A stretch of DNA of 64,000 bases, from assembly GCF_009914755.1 (NCBI RefSeq), contig NC_060947.1. The stretch is one strand, 5' to 3'. Made by a program: the position numbers and the translations under genes. Below are positions 1 through 24,397 of the stretch, one piece after another. Numbering within the stretch: position 1 is the first letter of the stretch; each line of letters starts with the position of its first letter. The notes under the pieces were generated by a model. That model worked only from the letters and a program-made list of their open reading frames with translations, ran no database searches and had not been told where the DNA came from. This DNA comes from the human T2T-CHM13v2.0 reference genome, Homo sapiens.

Positions 1-639
1 TGGCATTGAGGTATCCAGGGTAGAGCTGTGGCATGTGAGGAGGCAGAAAATAAGTGTCCCTGAGGAGGTGGCACCCATCCTGAGGCTAGGAGCCTCCCTG
101 ATGGCTCCAGCCACTCCTCATGGGCTGCACTCTTCCCTCTTCCCATTCCCCCTCCCATAGTTGGAACTCCTGGACAGGAGATAAACTCCTGGCAGCTGCT
201 TTTGTAACTCCCGAAGTGCAAGTGTTAAACTCCTTTGTCTGTGTTCCCACAGGGAACAAAAAAATCTGAACTCAACTGATAAGGTGTGAGCAAAACTCTC
301 AGTGAAGAAAAGCAGTTAAAGTGACTTTATGGGTGAGAGCCTCTATGCTAATTCAATCTACCGTTATTAAAACATAGGAGGAAATTGATATGATAAATGC
401 TTATACTAGAAATGTTCATAAAGCGTCAGAGGAAATTCTCCCATTTAGGGCACTGACACAAGCAGAGAAGTACTACTGGGACAAACTCCCCTGCCATTTG
501 CCACCATGGGGGTGGAGTGGGGGTCAGCATTTATTGTGAGTGCCTTTATTCTCTGATGTCCAGAGCTTTCACTGTATAGATTATGTCCTGGTGGTTGGCA
601 AGTTGGAATTCTCCAAATTAACGGCCCTGACTGCACTGT

Positions 640-2880
<2,241 letters not shown>

Positions 2881-2886
2881 GTGGCT

Positions 2887-3375
2887 TGTTGAGAGAGTCA
2901 ATCCACCATGGGCTGTGGGTATACTTTCACATATTTTTGCTGATTATGACAAGATTGGAAGACCCCAGCTGCTCTCTACCTGGCCATTTCACAAGATTGT
3001 ATTTGAATTACTGAAAACAGCCTTGAGGGATGAGATGATGTCTTCCCTCAGACAGAGAGGGTTTGTTTCCACTTGCTGTAACAGTAATGAATTCCCCAAG
3101 CTCACTGTTCATCCCCTATTATGTAGCCCACTCTGTGTCCCTATCCATGATAGGTCATTTGCTTCACCAACGTGAGACTTGGGGAGCACAGATAACCAGT
3201 GGGAACATGGGTAGCCAGTATGTGCATCATGCTGATGCCCTGGCTACTGCTTTTGCCATAAGTAATAAAGCCATTTGTCTCTGACTCAGGAGTCCCATGT
3301 CTTCTGCCAGTATCCACAAAACAGTAACAGGTTAACTGTTTGATAAGTAGGGGAAAATCTCATGCCTTGTATAAT
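2887..3375 (+). mobile_element. 3' LTR of the preceding ERV (MER68/MER77-like ERVL LTR; subfamily tentative)
   Basis: Follows the env remnant; starts tgtt; contains gagggatgagatgatgtcttccctc and aataaagccatttgtctctgactcaggagtc, typical of this LTR group (recall). Confidence 0.6.
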
Positions 3376-3379
3376 TCTC

Positions 3380-6818
<3,439 letters not shown>

Positions 6819-7298
6819 AAAGAGTGTTTTAATGACATTTGGGAAAATTGGTTTGGATAAGCTGTGAATACATTATTATTTTTCCCATTTAAATTAATGA
6901 AATATAGGCCACTGCTATCCAAACAATTTGATATCCAACACATTTTTAGCAACAGATTACATTTAAATAACCATAGGTACCTATACACTCTTTTTCCATA
7001 CTTAAAGTTATAAATAATAACAACAGCAATAATAACATGCTGCCACCTAACATAGTTCAACTATGCCTTGTAGAAGACACATCATACTCAACTTCTCTCC
7101 AAAAGATGCCCAAAGTCTCATAAGTCTCATAAGTTATTAAATCCAGCTCTAAATTCAGGATTGTTGAACAATGTTTATTCCTCTTTAGGTCATCAAAATC
7201 TTGTACTGATACTCTGTAATTTATAGACTGGATTATGAAGTTTAACTACCATCAATCAAAGTATCTTATATAAAGTGGCAGGGTGAAGAAAATGTCCT

Positions 7299-7346
7299 AC
7301 ACACACACACACACACACACACACATGCACACACACACGCAGACAC
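7299..7346. repeat. (CA)n microsatellite
   Basis: Direct inspection. Confidence 0.95.
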
Positions 7347-8950
7347 AATAAGGAAAAAAAAATATGAACAGCTACTTCCACCTTGTTTCTGAAAGTAGTC
7401 ACAAGGACATAGTTGGTAGTTATGTAACTTCTTTCTTCAACTACCGATTCCATTTTCCCTTGCCTTCTTCCAGTTTCTTAGCTATCTTATTCTCTTTGCC
7501 TGGTGGGCTGAGATAAAGCTTCATTACTGAGAGGCTTGAGCCCTTGTGGTCTCAAGGGCTCTAATCTTTTATTAACATTTACCATTGAACATGACAGTAT
7601 TAGGAGGAGTTCCAGAGTCTCATAGTTTTACCTGCCTGCCCTATGTAAGACCAACCAATTAACCCCTTGATGACCAGGATCAATCACACCGATCAAACCT
7701 ATATTTTGCCTGTTGGTCCAGTGACAAAAATAGCTCAAAATAAGTAGGTTGAAGTCTTAACATCCAATCCAATGGAATGATTGTTTTTTCTACTGGTAGA
7801 TGTTATCCTTCCTTAATCAGATCTCTAAATCAGCAGAGGACAAAATCAAGGGGACAGGAAGAAAATATTTGAAAACGGATGTTAAATAGGCAATATACCA
7901 TTCTAGATGATGAAGAATAAGGTACAACTAGTGTGAATTCTGTTTAGGCCTTTCTTACCTCCTATTGCTATAAAATGAGTTCTTTATTCATAAGCAGTAT
8001 GGTATGAAATATCATAATTGTGAATACGCCCATGAAAGTGTTGCTGGTTGAAGTGTTGCAGTCAAGGAAAGCAAATTGATACTGCAGTCCCCTGCACAAT
8101 GGAAGGGAACCAAAACAAATCAAACCTGACTTCTCCCCCAAAAAGGATGCCCAAAGTCCCATAAGTTATTATCTTTTGTTTTAGAGCAAAGTGAAAGCAA
8201 ATTTATTAAGAAAGTAAAAGAATAAAGAATGGCTACTCCTTAGGCAGAGCAGCCCCATAAGTTATTATCTTATGAACAGCCTGCCACAAGATGGCTGGTT
8301 GTAGTCCCCTCGCCCTCCCACACAAGGAAGTGGTATATACTGGAGGTTCAGTATTGGCCTCTGCTGCTGGGAAGTTGGGATTGGACACACAACTTTTATG
8401 ATCAGCCGTGGTGAGGGGAAGCCCATGCAATTGAGCCCATGTAGAGCCTTCATCTCTGCAGCCATGGGCATTTTGTACATTGGCCCCTTGAGTAAGCTTC
8501 AAGATAGTTGGGGAAAGAGGTTGACATTCTAATGCAAGTAATCTTGTTCACATAGTTATCGATACCCTCCATCACAGTTGATGCCCTCTGTTGGGCACTT
8601 ATATGGAACACAAATGTATTTACCATTAGTAGAGGTCCAACCACATACCACTTCCCCAAAACCTTCTTGTTACCAATACTATAAATTTTGTTCATTCCAA
8701 GTCCCTGAACCATATGGTATAGAGCCATACCTTAGGCCACTTCTCCTTCCAAGCAAAGTGAACAACCAGATATACCACTTGAAATTATGTTCTCAGAAAA
8801 GACTCTTCTTCAGTGACCTTCCGGGCTACCCCTGTGTGGGGCTGTGATCTACAACAATGTGCTCTGGCTGGTGCCCTTAGGTCATGCAGAAATGTGCTAA
8901 AATAGGTTTAGATGTTCTACTCTTCAAATAGCTGGTTATACAGAGGTCCC

Positions 8951-9725
8951 TGTATTAGTTTGCTAGGGCTGCCATAACAAAGTACCACAGACAGGTGACT
9001 TAAACAACAGAAATGTATTTCCTTACAGTTCTGGAGGCTAGAAGTTCAAGATCAAGCTGTCAGCTGAATTGGTTTCTTTTTGCTACAATTTGAATGTTTG
9101 TGTTCCCTCCAGAATTAATGTTGAAACTTAATCCCCAATGCAAGAGTATTAAGAGGTAAGGCCTTTAGGAGGTGATTAGGCCACGAGAGCTCTGCTGTCA
9201 TGGATGGGATCAGTGCCTTGTGAAAGGGCTGAGGGAACTAGCTAGGCCCTTTTGCCCTTCTGTCCCTTTTGCCATGTGAGGAAACAGTGTTCGAGGTGCC
9301 GTCTTGGAAGCAGACACCAGGCCCTTACTAGACAACGAACTTGCTGTCAACTTGATCTTGGACTTCCCAGGCTCCAGAACTGTGAGAAATAAATTTCTAT
9401 TATTTTTAAATTACTCAGTCTAAGGTATTTTGTCATAGTGGCAGGAATGGACTGAGTCACTTCTGAAGGCCTCTATTCTTGGGCTTATTGGTGGCCGTCT
9501 TCTCCATGTGTCTTGACATGGTATTCCCTATGTGTGTGTTTGTGTCCTAATCCCTTCTTCTTAGAAGAACATCAGTGATGTTGGATTAGGGTCCACCCTA
9601 ATGACCTCATTTAACCTTAGTTACTTCTTTAAAAACCCTATCTCCAAATATAGTCGCATTCTGTGATTCTGGGGGTTAGGGCTTCAACATATGAATCTGG
9701 CACGGACACAACTCAGCCCAAAGCA
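8951..9725. mobile_element. MLT1-type MaLR LTR with nested MST-type LTR (about 9081-9456, opposite orientation)
   Basis: tgtattagtttgctagggctgccataacaaagtaccacag start; nested tgctacaatttgaatgtttgtgttccctcc...aaataaatttctattatt; MLT1 resumes near 9460. Confidence 0.8.
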
Positions 9726-10024
9726 GTCCCCATGAAACTGTAAGTGTGGGTTGCGAAAGAGAAGGCAGTGTGGCAGGTGTGAACACACTGGAAGTGTGAG
9801 CCACTGCTTAGGTACCTTTGTTGTGCCTCCAGAACCTGTTCAAGGCCAATCCATATATACCACTTCTAATTTAAGCTTCCTCTGTATTCTTCTCTAGTGA
9901 AACAGGTTCATCAAAAAGGAATGTAATAGGGATCACTACTCCTTAATTTTCTGAGTCTTGATGATGGCCCTAATTTCTGTCAGTTTCCTTTGCATGTACT
10001 ATTGATTTTGGTTTACTATTTTGA

Positions 10025-10280
10025 CAGTGTAGCACAGTGGTTGAGAGCATGAACTCTGAAGCTAGTTTCTGGTTTACATTCCAGTTCTACCAATTACTAA
10101 GTAGTGACCTCGGGCAAGTTACTTAAGCTTTTAATGCCTTAATTTCCTTTTCTGTAAAATGTGTACAATTATAGTACCTACCTTGTAGTGCTGTTTTGAG
10201 GAATAATATGTTAACATATGGAAAGTGCTTGAAAGAGTGTCTGGCATGTAATAAGTGCTATGCATGTGTTTGCTATCACT
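10025..10280 (+). mobile_element. MIR SINE
   Basis: gtgacctcgggcaagttacttaa...ctgtaaaatg core. Confidence 0.8.
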
Positions 10281-10934
10281 GCTATAATTGGAAGGGAGAG
10301 TAAGTTCCAGGCTTCCACCTGGCCCTTCCTATCATAAAGATTCTCACTCTGCAGGTCAGGAAGCCAATTGAGCTGTTTTGCCAGTTGCTAGTTTTATTGA
10401 TTACAACTGTAAATCCAGCAACTGGGGAAATCACCAGAGTGGATTTATAGACCCACTGAGCCCACCATGAGTTGAATTTAGGCCAAAACTCCAATTATCA
10501 TTTGATCTTCACAAGCCCTCACTCTGACTGTGGGCAACAGTGTTGTTCCGAGTTCCCAGGATTAGTGGCAGCTCAGAGCTATTGTCCCATAATCCCCGAA
10601 GAGTGCGTGTATTTGAACATTTACCTTGGTAAATTGCTGCAGACCTCTTCTGGGGATAGCTGGGAATATTTATAGTACATAATTGCAATGTTGCCATAGC
10701 ATCCTTCCTCAAGGTACTCAGTCTCCCTTTTATTCTAGGGAATCTGGGTATATGAACTGAGGAGCTGTGACACTCTATCATGGTGACCCAACTTTCTGTT
10801 TGCCAAAATTCCTTTGGTTAAGCAGATCAAGTCTGTATATCAGTCCTAGGGTTCCTATGATTAATTAATTGCATGACAGATCACTGTGGGTCAAGCCATT
10901 TTGATTGTCATTCAGTAGCTCTATTCTGGGACAT

Positions 10935-11330
10935 GGTTATCAGTTAGTTTTTGCTGTGAAACAAACCACCGAAAGCTTACACAACCACCATTTATTTAGT
11001 TAACGATTGTTGGGGGTTGACAATTTGGGCTGGGCTCAGCTGGGCTAGTCTTCTGCTTGCATCAGCTGAACTCACTCATATGTCTGTGGTCTGCTGCTGT
11101 TGGTTTCAGTGACACTACTTCTAGGGATTGGTTGGCCATGAGTTGGGCCAAAAGGGATGGTTGGAGCATGTATCTCTCGACATCTGGTTTGTTTGCATGA
11201 TAGCAGCAGGTTTCCAAGACTAGCAAGCCCCAATGCAAAAGCACTTTTCCAGCTTTTGCGTGCACCATTTTAGCCAATGTCCCATTGACCAAAGCAAGTC
11301 ACACAGCAGATTCAAGAGAAAAGAAATAGA
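10935..11330. mobile_element. MLT1-type MaLR LTR fragment
   Basis: acaaaccacc..., aatttgggctgggctcagctggg, cccattgaccaaagcaagtcac. Confidence 0.65.
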
Positions 11331-11716
11331 TCCAAATAGTTCTTCAAATAATCATCTGATTTTATGTGATCCTCCCACTTCCACTCTCTGTACCTGGAGA
11401 GCAGAGGGTGCTTCTTCCATGAAAATGGCTTCCACCTATGCTGCAGCCTTTTCCTGAGAATCATTGGTGCAGTATACTCTGATTTATTTTTCAGTTTGAT
11501 CCACTCAGCATTCATTTCAGGAAGCTATCAAAGTCTTTGCTCTGCCATCCTCACCCTCTCCACTGCTTTTATGAATGAATTTATACTTCTTTATAATTGT
11601 TTCTATTTGTTTTGGGAAGGTAAATACCTGTGTTCAATTGAGTATCTTGCACCACAACAACCTCAGATTACATTTTAATCTACTATCTATAGATCAATGG
11701 TAGCAGTGCAAAAAAT

Positions 11717-11826
11717 TATACGTATATGTACTATATTCTTCCTATATGTACATGTATATGTATGTATATATGTACACACATACATAAGCATATGTAAATA
11801 ACATATATATGTGTGTGTATATATAC

Positions 11827-11869
<43 letters not shown>

Positions 11870-12024
11870 AGCTTGCTCTGTCACCGAGCCTGGAGTGCAG
11901 TGGTGAGATCATAGCTCACTGCAGCCTTGATCTCCTAAGCTCAAACAATCCTACCGCCTCAGTCTCTTGAGTAGCTGGGACTACTACAAGCATGTGCCAC
12001 CACGAGTGGCTGATTTATTTATTT

Positions 12025-12076
<52 letters not shown>

Positions 12077-12291
12077 TTTTCTTCCTTCCTTCCTTCCTTC
12101 CTTCCTTCCTTCCTTCCTTCCTTCCTTCCTTCCTTTCTTTCTTTCTTTCTTTCTCTTTCTTTCTTTTTTGAAATAGAGACAAAGTCTCCCTATGTTGCCC
12201 AAGCTGGTTCTGGACTCCTGAGCTCACACAACTCTCCTGTATCGGCCTCCCAAAGTGCTGGGATTACAAGCGTGAACCACCATGCCTGGCC
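11717..12291 (-). mobile_element. AluJ with tail expanded to (TA)n/(GA)n and central linker expanded to (TTTC)n(TTCC)n
   Basis: Alu arms about 11869-12014 and 12169-12291; microsatellites 11717-11868 and 12015-12168. Confidence 0.9.
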
Positions 12292-12545
12292 TCTTCCCGT
12301 ATATATAGAGTGAGTGGTTCAGACAAAAGAATCAAGGCATATGCACTCTACCGTGAGAAAGAAGAGCAAAAGATGACTTGTATAATTTTCCAAAGAGAAG
12401 AACTTTGACCTAATTCTACTGTTTCATATTTGGTGTCTAGCATGAGAGAGAAGGGTGCATTTCCTTTGCTTAATGCATTACTTTAGGCCATTTTGACCAC
12501 TCTATTTCTCTCCCAGGGCTCTGGTTGGGATTTTATCAATTTTAG

Positions 12546-12924
<379 letters not shown>

Positions 12925-13162
12925 CTAGGCAATATGAGGGGCAGGGAGATATGAAAAGGCAAGGAGAAGGCTGCCTAGCCCTCTTCCTTGCTGTCACAGC
13001 CACCGCCCCTGGGGTTTCCACAGCCTAGTTGTAAGCCTTCTGCGTAGCCACCAGTCATCCCACCCATCTGGCTCTCCTTCCTTTTGACGCCACTACAAAT
13101 GACCAATAAGCATAATATTAATCCACAGCAGTAATCAAATATAGGTAAATTCAAAATAACTA

Positions 13163-13480
<318 letters not shown>

Positions 13481-13596
13481 TTATTTTACATTATGATATT
13501 AAAATAATACATAATAATATGGGTGAGGGTGTGGAGAAATGAACAGCTTTGTAAATTGCCTGAGGGAGTGGGAATTGTTATAACTTTTTCATTTAA

Positions 13597-14095
<499 letters not shown>

Positions 14096-14697
14096 TAAGA
14101 CGGCAAAACTTGACAGAGTGGTTCCTTTCATAGAGATGTGCAATGCTATATACACATAAAAATGAACTGTTAATACGTGGATCTATTTCTTTTCTCTTGA
14201 ATCTGCTCTGTGACTTGCCTTGTTAATGAGACATTGGCTAAAATGGAGCAACCTTGCTAGTAATCAAACCGTGCAAATTAAAACATCAGTGAGATACCCT
14301 TTTCACCTATCAGAATGTCAACTGATTAAAAGAATGTGAATGCCAATTGTTAGGAACTGCTGACGGTATGTTCATGTGTATATTAGTACAAGCTAGTGGA
14401 AGGCAGTTTGACAATACGTATCAAAATCCTTACATGAAAACCCTTTGAGCTAAGAATTCCACTTCTATGAATGTATCCCTGGAAAATATCAGAAAGGTGT
14501 ACAATGATGTGCATGCAAAATATTAATCTCAGCATTGCTTATGATTGCGAAAAATTTGAAACCATCCAAAAATCCATCAACAGGAGATCAGTTAATTATT
14601 GGCCATCCATAAGGAATAACACACAGCCAATAAAGTATCAACATGGGAACATATGCAAGACATATCATTATGTTTAAAAGCAAAGGTGGGGACATAT

Positions 14698-15019
14698 GTT
14701 GTTTTGTTTGTTTGGTTTTATTTGGTTTTTGTTTGTTTGTTTTTGAGACCGAGTCTAGCTCTGTCACCCAGGCTGGAGTGCAGTGGCACGATCTCGGTTC
14801 ACTGCAACCTCCACCCCTGGGTTCAAGCGATTCTCCTGCATCAGCCTCCTGAGTAGATGGGACCACAGGCGAGTGCCACCACACCCAGCTAATTTTTGTA
14901 TTTTTAGTAGAGACAGGGTTTCACCATGCTGGCCAGGCTGGCCTTGAACTCCTGACCTCAGGTGATCCGCCTGCCTCAACCTCCCAAAGTGCTAGGATTA
15001 CAGGCGTGAGCGCCCGGAC
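14698..15019 (-). mobile_element. AluS embedded in old L1M fragments (about 14257-15900)
   Basis: Alu consensus; flanks show L1 3'-end motifs (gaattccacttcta, aatgtccatcaatagg). Confidence 0.85.
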
Positions 15020-16169
15020 TGCATATGTTTATCTGATTCCATTTTTGTTTTACGATTTGTAAATATATCTATGTGCGTATACATGTTTGTGCTTATAAAT
15101 ATACGCAAACAATTGATAAAAACATATACAAATTAGTAGTCTTTCTCTCTAGGGGGTTATGAGCCTAGGAATTTTACTTTTCTCATAATAAATATGATGT
15201 TTAATGTTTTACAAGCCATCAGAAAAACAATATTGAAAACTTCAGAAATTTAGAAAAGTTGCTCAACTGCACTGACAATTAAATGAATGCAAATTAGAAG
15301 AATAATGAAATGTACTGCCTATCATATTGGTAATAAAAAAATTAAGATTGTTAACACTCAAGGTAACATAGAGCCCTGATCTCTAAACTTTTTTGATCAA
15401 TCGCATGTATTAGTAAAACGTTTTGGCTTTGAACACTAAATGTATATGTATATGTAATTGTTTTCATAAACAAAGATGGGGTCATATTATTCCTACTGTT
15501 CTGCCACTTGTAAATTCATATGTACAGTGATGTTCACTGAAACAATTTTTGACATATGAAAAACTAGAAACATTCAGAATGTCCATCAATAGGGATCTGG
15601 TTAAATAAATTATTGACCACTATTAGTCAACATGTACATAGATCACTATTCAGTCATCAAAGAGAGTGAAGTAGATGTACATTCTTGAAAAGGTAAGAGC
15701 AATATATCAATACATAAAGTCGGGAAGTAGATACAGCAAACGTAATAGTAGTTCATGGCAAGGGTAGGAGGGGAAAGTGAAGCTATGCAGGGAATTTGCT
15801 TTCTATTGTTTTACATATTTCTGCTTTGAAAATTTCTAAAAACTTGATTGAATGACTTTTCCAATCAGAAGAATACGAAAGATCTAACACAAAAACAGAA
15901 GTATTGCTTGAATTATTCAAGCAGAATGCACACATTTTAATGTCCAGAAAAGTTGCGGGTTTTGTATATTTGTACTAGCTCAAGAGTTGAGGATTGAAAA
16001 ACGTTCCTAAAGGGATGAGACAACAGGAAATGGGTTTGTGCTTCTGAGTTGCTCAAGATCATGCTTATGAAGGACATTTTATATCGTTTTGAGCAAGTTT
16101 TGTGTTCCTTTTGTTAAAACTTAAAAAACTGAAAAAAACTTAAAAATTAAACATAATTTTAAAGAAAAG

Positions 16170-16714
<545 letters not shown>

Positions 16715-18056
16715 AGCCACTAACTTTGTGGCATTTGGGGGCTCCTCGTCAGGATGGCTGACTTCCACCCACCTGCTCACCCACCCTAGAGCAAAGCGAC
16801 CAACTCCGCTCCTGCATGCAGACTTGCCACTCATTCTTTCCATTGCCTCATCTTTTAGTATAAATGGGTGGCAAAAAAAGAAAAAAACAGCATTTGTGGA
16901 AAGCCTGAAATATAACCCAAATCGTCTAAGATAGAATGAAAAATTGACTCTCAAGGAAATATTTGAAGGAACAGAATACAGCTTAAAAATTTGAAAATCC
17001 TTAAAAATATCTGAGAAGTTTTTGCATCCGTAAAACAGAAAACAGCACGAACTTTAGGAAATGACAATGGGCACAGAATGCAATAAAAAAAAAAAACGGG
17101 GAAAGGTAACTAAAAACTTAAGGAAAGATAAACTGAACAAGAATGGCTCAGACAGCAGGCAAATCTCCCCAATTAGAAACGAAGTGAATAGACCCAATTG
17201 AATGAGATGAATTCTAAGCAATAGATGGATTGAATAATAAGCTGGAGGACATTAATAACATGTTCTGGAAGGCATACATTTCTTCAACCCAAAGGAAAAA
17301 AAATGACAGAAAGAAACTACAGGGAAGAACATTAAAAACTGTGCAAGAAACTTATGTTTCACATATGAAGCAACCTCAGATGTGGCATGGTTTTGAACAG
17401 TTGCCGAAAGTGTGAGAAAGGGAATCTGTTTGAATATTGGCACATGGATCAAGACTCTGGAGTCGGTGATGAGAAAATCCAATCAGAGCATTCCACTTTG
17501 CTATTCATTGAACCAGGTAGCCAACAGAAGAGTTAAAAATTAGTGATATGACTATATTCAGGGGGAAGGAGAGCTGAGGGGGGCGGCAGGAAGTCAGCAG
17601 AAAATGCCTCATGTCATTAAGTCAAGAAATAGTAATAAAGGCATGTTATTGAAAAAGGGGGTGTAATCTCTAAACAAGCACGTGTAGAAGTTTGTGTTTC
17701 TGATTTGGGGAAGCAAGAGTTGAGAAGGAGGGACAGTTCTATTACTTTTCATTATATGTCCTTTTTCTACTGTTTGATTTTTAAAAACTATACACATGTA
17801 TTGCTTTTGCTTCGATTAAAAATCAAGACATTAAAATGAATTTATTGCATTTAGAATGAAATTTGGGGGGGGGGTTGCTAAGAGTGTCAGGTGGACTCTG
17901 AGTTAAAATAAGTGCCTTCCTATCTTTCTTCAGTAGTATCTGTATATCCTACAAGGTTCCTGGGTGATCACACAAACTATGATTTCCTTGACTTTGTAAA
18001 TGTCTTGTTTCCAAACAGACCACAGGCCATATGGAAATGCTTTAAAACTAAAAATG

Positions 18057-20969
<2,913 letters not shown>

Positions 20970-22209
20970 TAAAAGCATTCTTTATAAAAGGTACTCAAAT
21001 CAAATTGGTTTTAATGTGGAAATTGTAAATAGTTAAATGTCACGTTTTTCTCAGAAAACACAGCTTTTTGCCCATTAACAGAACATGTTAAAATATACAC
21101 ATTTCTAAAGTTACTCACAGTTTAAAATTTTAACTTGCAAATAGTACAGGCTTTTTGGCTTTATTATTCACTTTTCAAATAATTTCCTCCACTTCACTGC
21201 AGGTGTAATTCCTCTCATACTACAGTACTGCTGCCCCACCTCCCCACAAAAAAAGGCAAGACAGCCAGTGAAACTACAGCATCCTCTGATTTATCGACCT
21301 GCTCTCTTTCGTGATTGCTGGGCTTTCATGAGCTGAATATCTCTGGCAACTTTTGGCATAGATTTAACCGTAGAGTTAACTGAAATTCTCTTGAGCACTA
21401 CTAACACGCTTCTGAGCAACAGAAACTCTTTTAACTCAGACTTTCATAAAGGTACAATTCTCTGAAAGCACCAAATGGGAGGGATCTCCTCTCTTATATG
21501 CCAGATCAAAGGCGAATTCCTGTTCTACCCTGATTCTTTGTAATTTCCTGTTTCCTTTCCTCTGGGTCCTCTCCTGATATTCCCAGACTTCTGGCTTTAC
21601 AGGCAGAGATGCAGGTTTCAGGCCCCAGACTTCCCTCAGACCGATCTACAGCCTGGGCTTTCTGTTGCCATCCTTGACCTCTTCCTTGGGTGCAGTTTTG
21701 TAACTGCATTCAGACTCAGACAGATACTGGTCACCTGAATGACTACTGGCATTGATCTCCTTCTCCAGAAACTCAGAGAGACTGTTTTTAGAACCCTCAT
21801 CTCCCAATATAGGGGTGGGAGTGGTCAGAGAGTTATAAATATCCTGTCTTCCAAGGCATGGCTTACCACAAGTCTCCAGTTTGAATAGTTTTAGTACAAA
21901 TCTAATAGCTTTGTTTCAAACCTTTCCTGAAACATGCTTGGGAACTTAGAGGTGCGGTTCATAAGCCAAGTTTTGTTGAGCCAAATAATCTAAATGATTC
22001 TGGGCAAGGTAATCAAATTCTTAACAGGCAGAGAGGCTCCAGGACAAATAAGGGTATCTATCCAATATTTGGGGCTTTACTGGGTACTAATGTCTGTCTG
22101 TCACCTGCATTTATCCTCCAAGTACTCCTTTGTTCTAGAGAAGTGAATCCCGGTGATTTTTAGCAGTTCCCCCAAAGAGAAGATGTTAGGTATTAAAAAA
22201 AAAAAAGTA

Positions 22210-23420
22210 ACATAGACAATAATTACTTTTCATTCCTTGTATTCCCAGCATGTATAAACAACCTTCTCCCATTCATATGATGCCTCTTGGCATAATTTAA
22301 TTATTCCACATGCAACCAAGAGAGAGGCAACACGTACAAACATTTCCAGCTACCACAGTCAGAGGTGAAGTCATGGGGCCTCTGTTTATAGTTCACGTTC
22401 TCCCAGTGATGTCTTTTCTTTCTCTACTTCTGCCATTATCCCAATTTGATATTCTGTAATCCCATGATCTAAGTGGTGAATTCACCATCACCACTGTACC
22501 CTATTTATAATACTAAAGAAAGAAGAGGTGAGAAAAGTTTCAAAAAAGGAAGACAATAAACAGGGAAATATAAGTAGAGGGTAGAGTCTTCATTGCTGTA
22601 CATAGCCATGTGGTGGTCCTGTTACTCTATCAATTCCACATTCCCTTTGCTTTAGCCACTGGGGAGGCTCAGTCCTTCAATCCTAAGGAGTCTGAGCCCT
22701 TGGGAGTCCTTTGTAGGGTTGCAATATTATGTCATGCACCCCTCAGGATTGTAGTATAAAAAAATACCTTAGAGGACCCCCTGAGAATCATCCATATTAC
22801 TCTCTGTCCTCCTTCTATAGCAGAAACCACAAAATCACCTTTTTTTTGCATGGCTCTGGGGATCTAAGAGTGGCTTCAAATTCAGTGAAACCATTGTTTT
22901 GTCTACTACTAAAAGTGTTTCTTCCTAGGAAATTTAAACCTCTAATCTAGTAGAGATCAGAGTTGTAGGTATGGGAAGCAAAACTGTTGCAATGGGTCAG
23001 GTGTAATTATGAGAGACACTACCTTTATTTCCACTCCTCTGCTCCCAGACTTGCTAATCTTGGCAGTGGGAGGAATAGCTCTATATATTGGTTGCTGGTT
23101 CATAGTATGTATTGCATCCTAGCAGCCTCCATGGTGAATCTCCTATCAGGGCTTGCCACAGGCTCCATATGGCATTCTTTTTTTTTATTTGTAGAATTTC
23201 TGTTTGCTAAACCCATATAGCATTATGATTTACTCCAAACATCTTGGGCACCATTGGATCTGCTAGATGATAAGGGCCAACGGGCAGACCTACCAGCACA
23301 GTAGCCTACACCAGCTGGAGAGCCTTGTTTTAGCTGTGGATTCACACTAACTACATGTGGCAGGAATGACATCTGCATTTTCCAAATCTTGAATAGTGGC
23401 AAAAATCCCTGAAATTCCCA
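22210..23420 (-). mobile_element. ERVL/MLT-internal remnant (RT-derived)
   Basis: Minus strand about 23245-23325 reads ALQLV*ATVLVGLPVGPYHLADPMV, resembling ERVL pol ALQQVQA..LPLGPYDPADPMV. Confidence 0.6.
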
Positions 23421-24029
23421 CAAGAATATGCTATTGCATTTATTTCCTCTGTTGAGGAGGAGGGGGAGCTCTCGTAGCTTCCATTTTCCCCCTGCTTACC
23501 CTTATAACCCCTTTCTCCAGGGCCCAGGTAGCCCATGTGGCCATATACTGGAGACTAGCATCTGTTTCTGCCTGGAGATTTCTGAAGTCAGGAGGCTTGC
23601 CTGTACCAGCAGGGTGAATAGGGAACATGATATGGTGGAACTAGAAAGAAAAGGATGGGGGAAACCTCCCATTCCATGCCTTCGCTCTGCATTCCTCAAA
23701 GGGTGCAGAAGATAACTATCGTGCTTTCCATGATACCATGTGTTGCAGCACAGAAGTTAGAGGAAGCAACAGAACCTCAGGGCAGCCCCAATAGCCACTA
23801 GCCAGATGAGGAACACTCCATCTGGAAGCAATGTGTGGATGCTGACTGATGCTGAGCATGTCCAGGCAGTGGTGGAATAATCCCAGAGGAGGGTTTAGGG
23901 TCTCACTCAGCTTACTGGCGGACAGACTCAGAGAAAAACTTCAGTTTCCCCTAACCTCGGTAAATGCCCCCTTCACTCTGAGGTAGGCACTACTGCAGGA
24001 GTGTTCTGGTCCATTGGCTTTAACATTAA

Positions 24030-24397
<368 letters not shown>

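Larger units (their letters stand above)
7350..10930 (-). mobile_element. Degraded ERVL-type internal sequence (protease/RNase H/integrase remnants), interrupted by MaLR LTRs and a MIR
   Basis: Minus-strand ORFs read LVISPV...SNWQNSSIGFLTCRVR..GRARWKP (10282-10494), FVFHISAQQR (8450-8728), WAQLHGLPLTTAD and SQQQRPIL (8233-8502), matching ERVL pol motifs. Confidence 0.75.

Noticed and set aside
11967-12227. Lys/Glu/Arg-rich and Phe/Leu/Ser-rich ORFs
   Set aside because: Translations of the (TTTC)/(TTCC) microsatellite.
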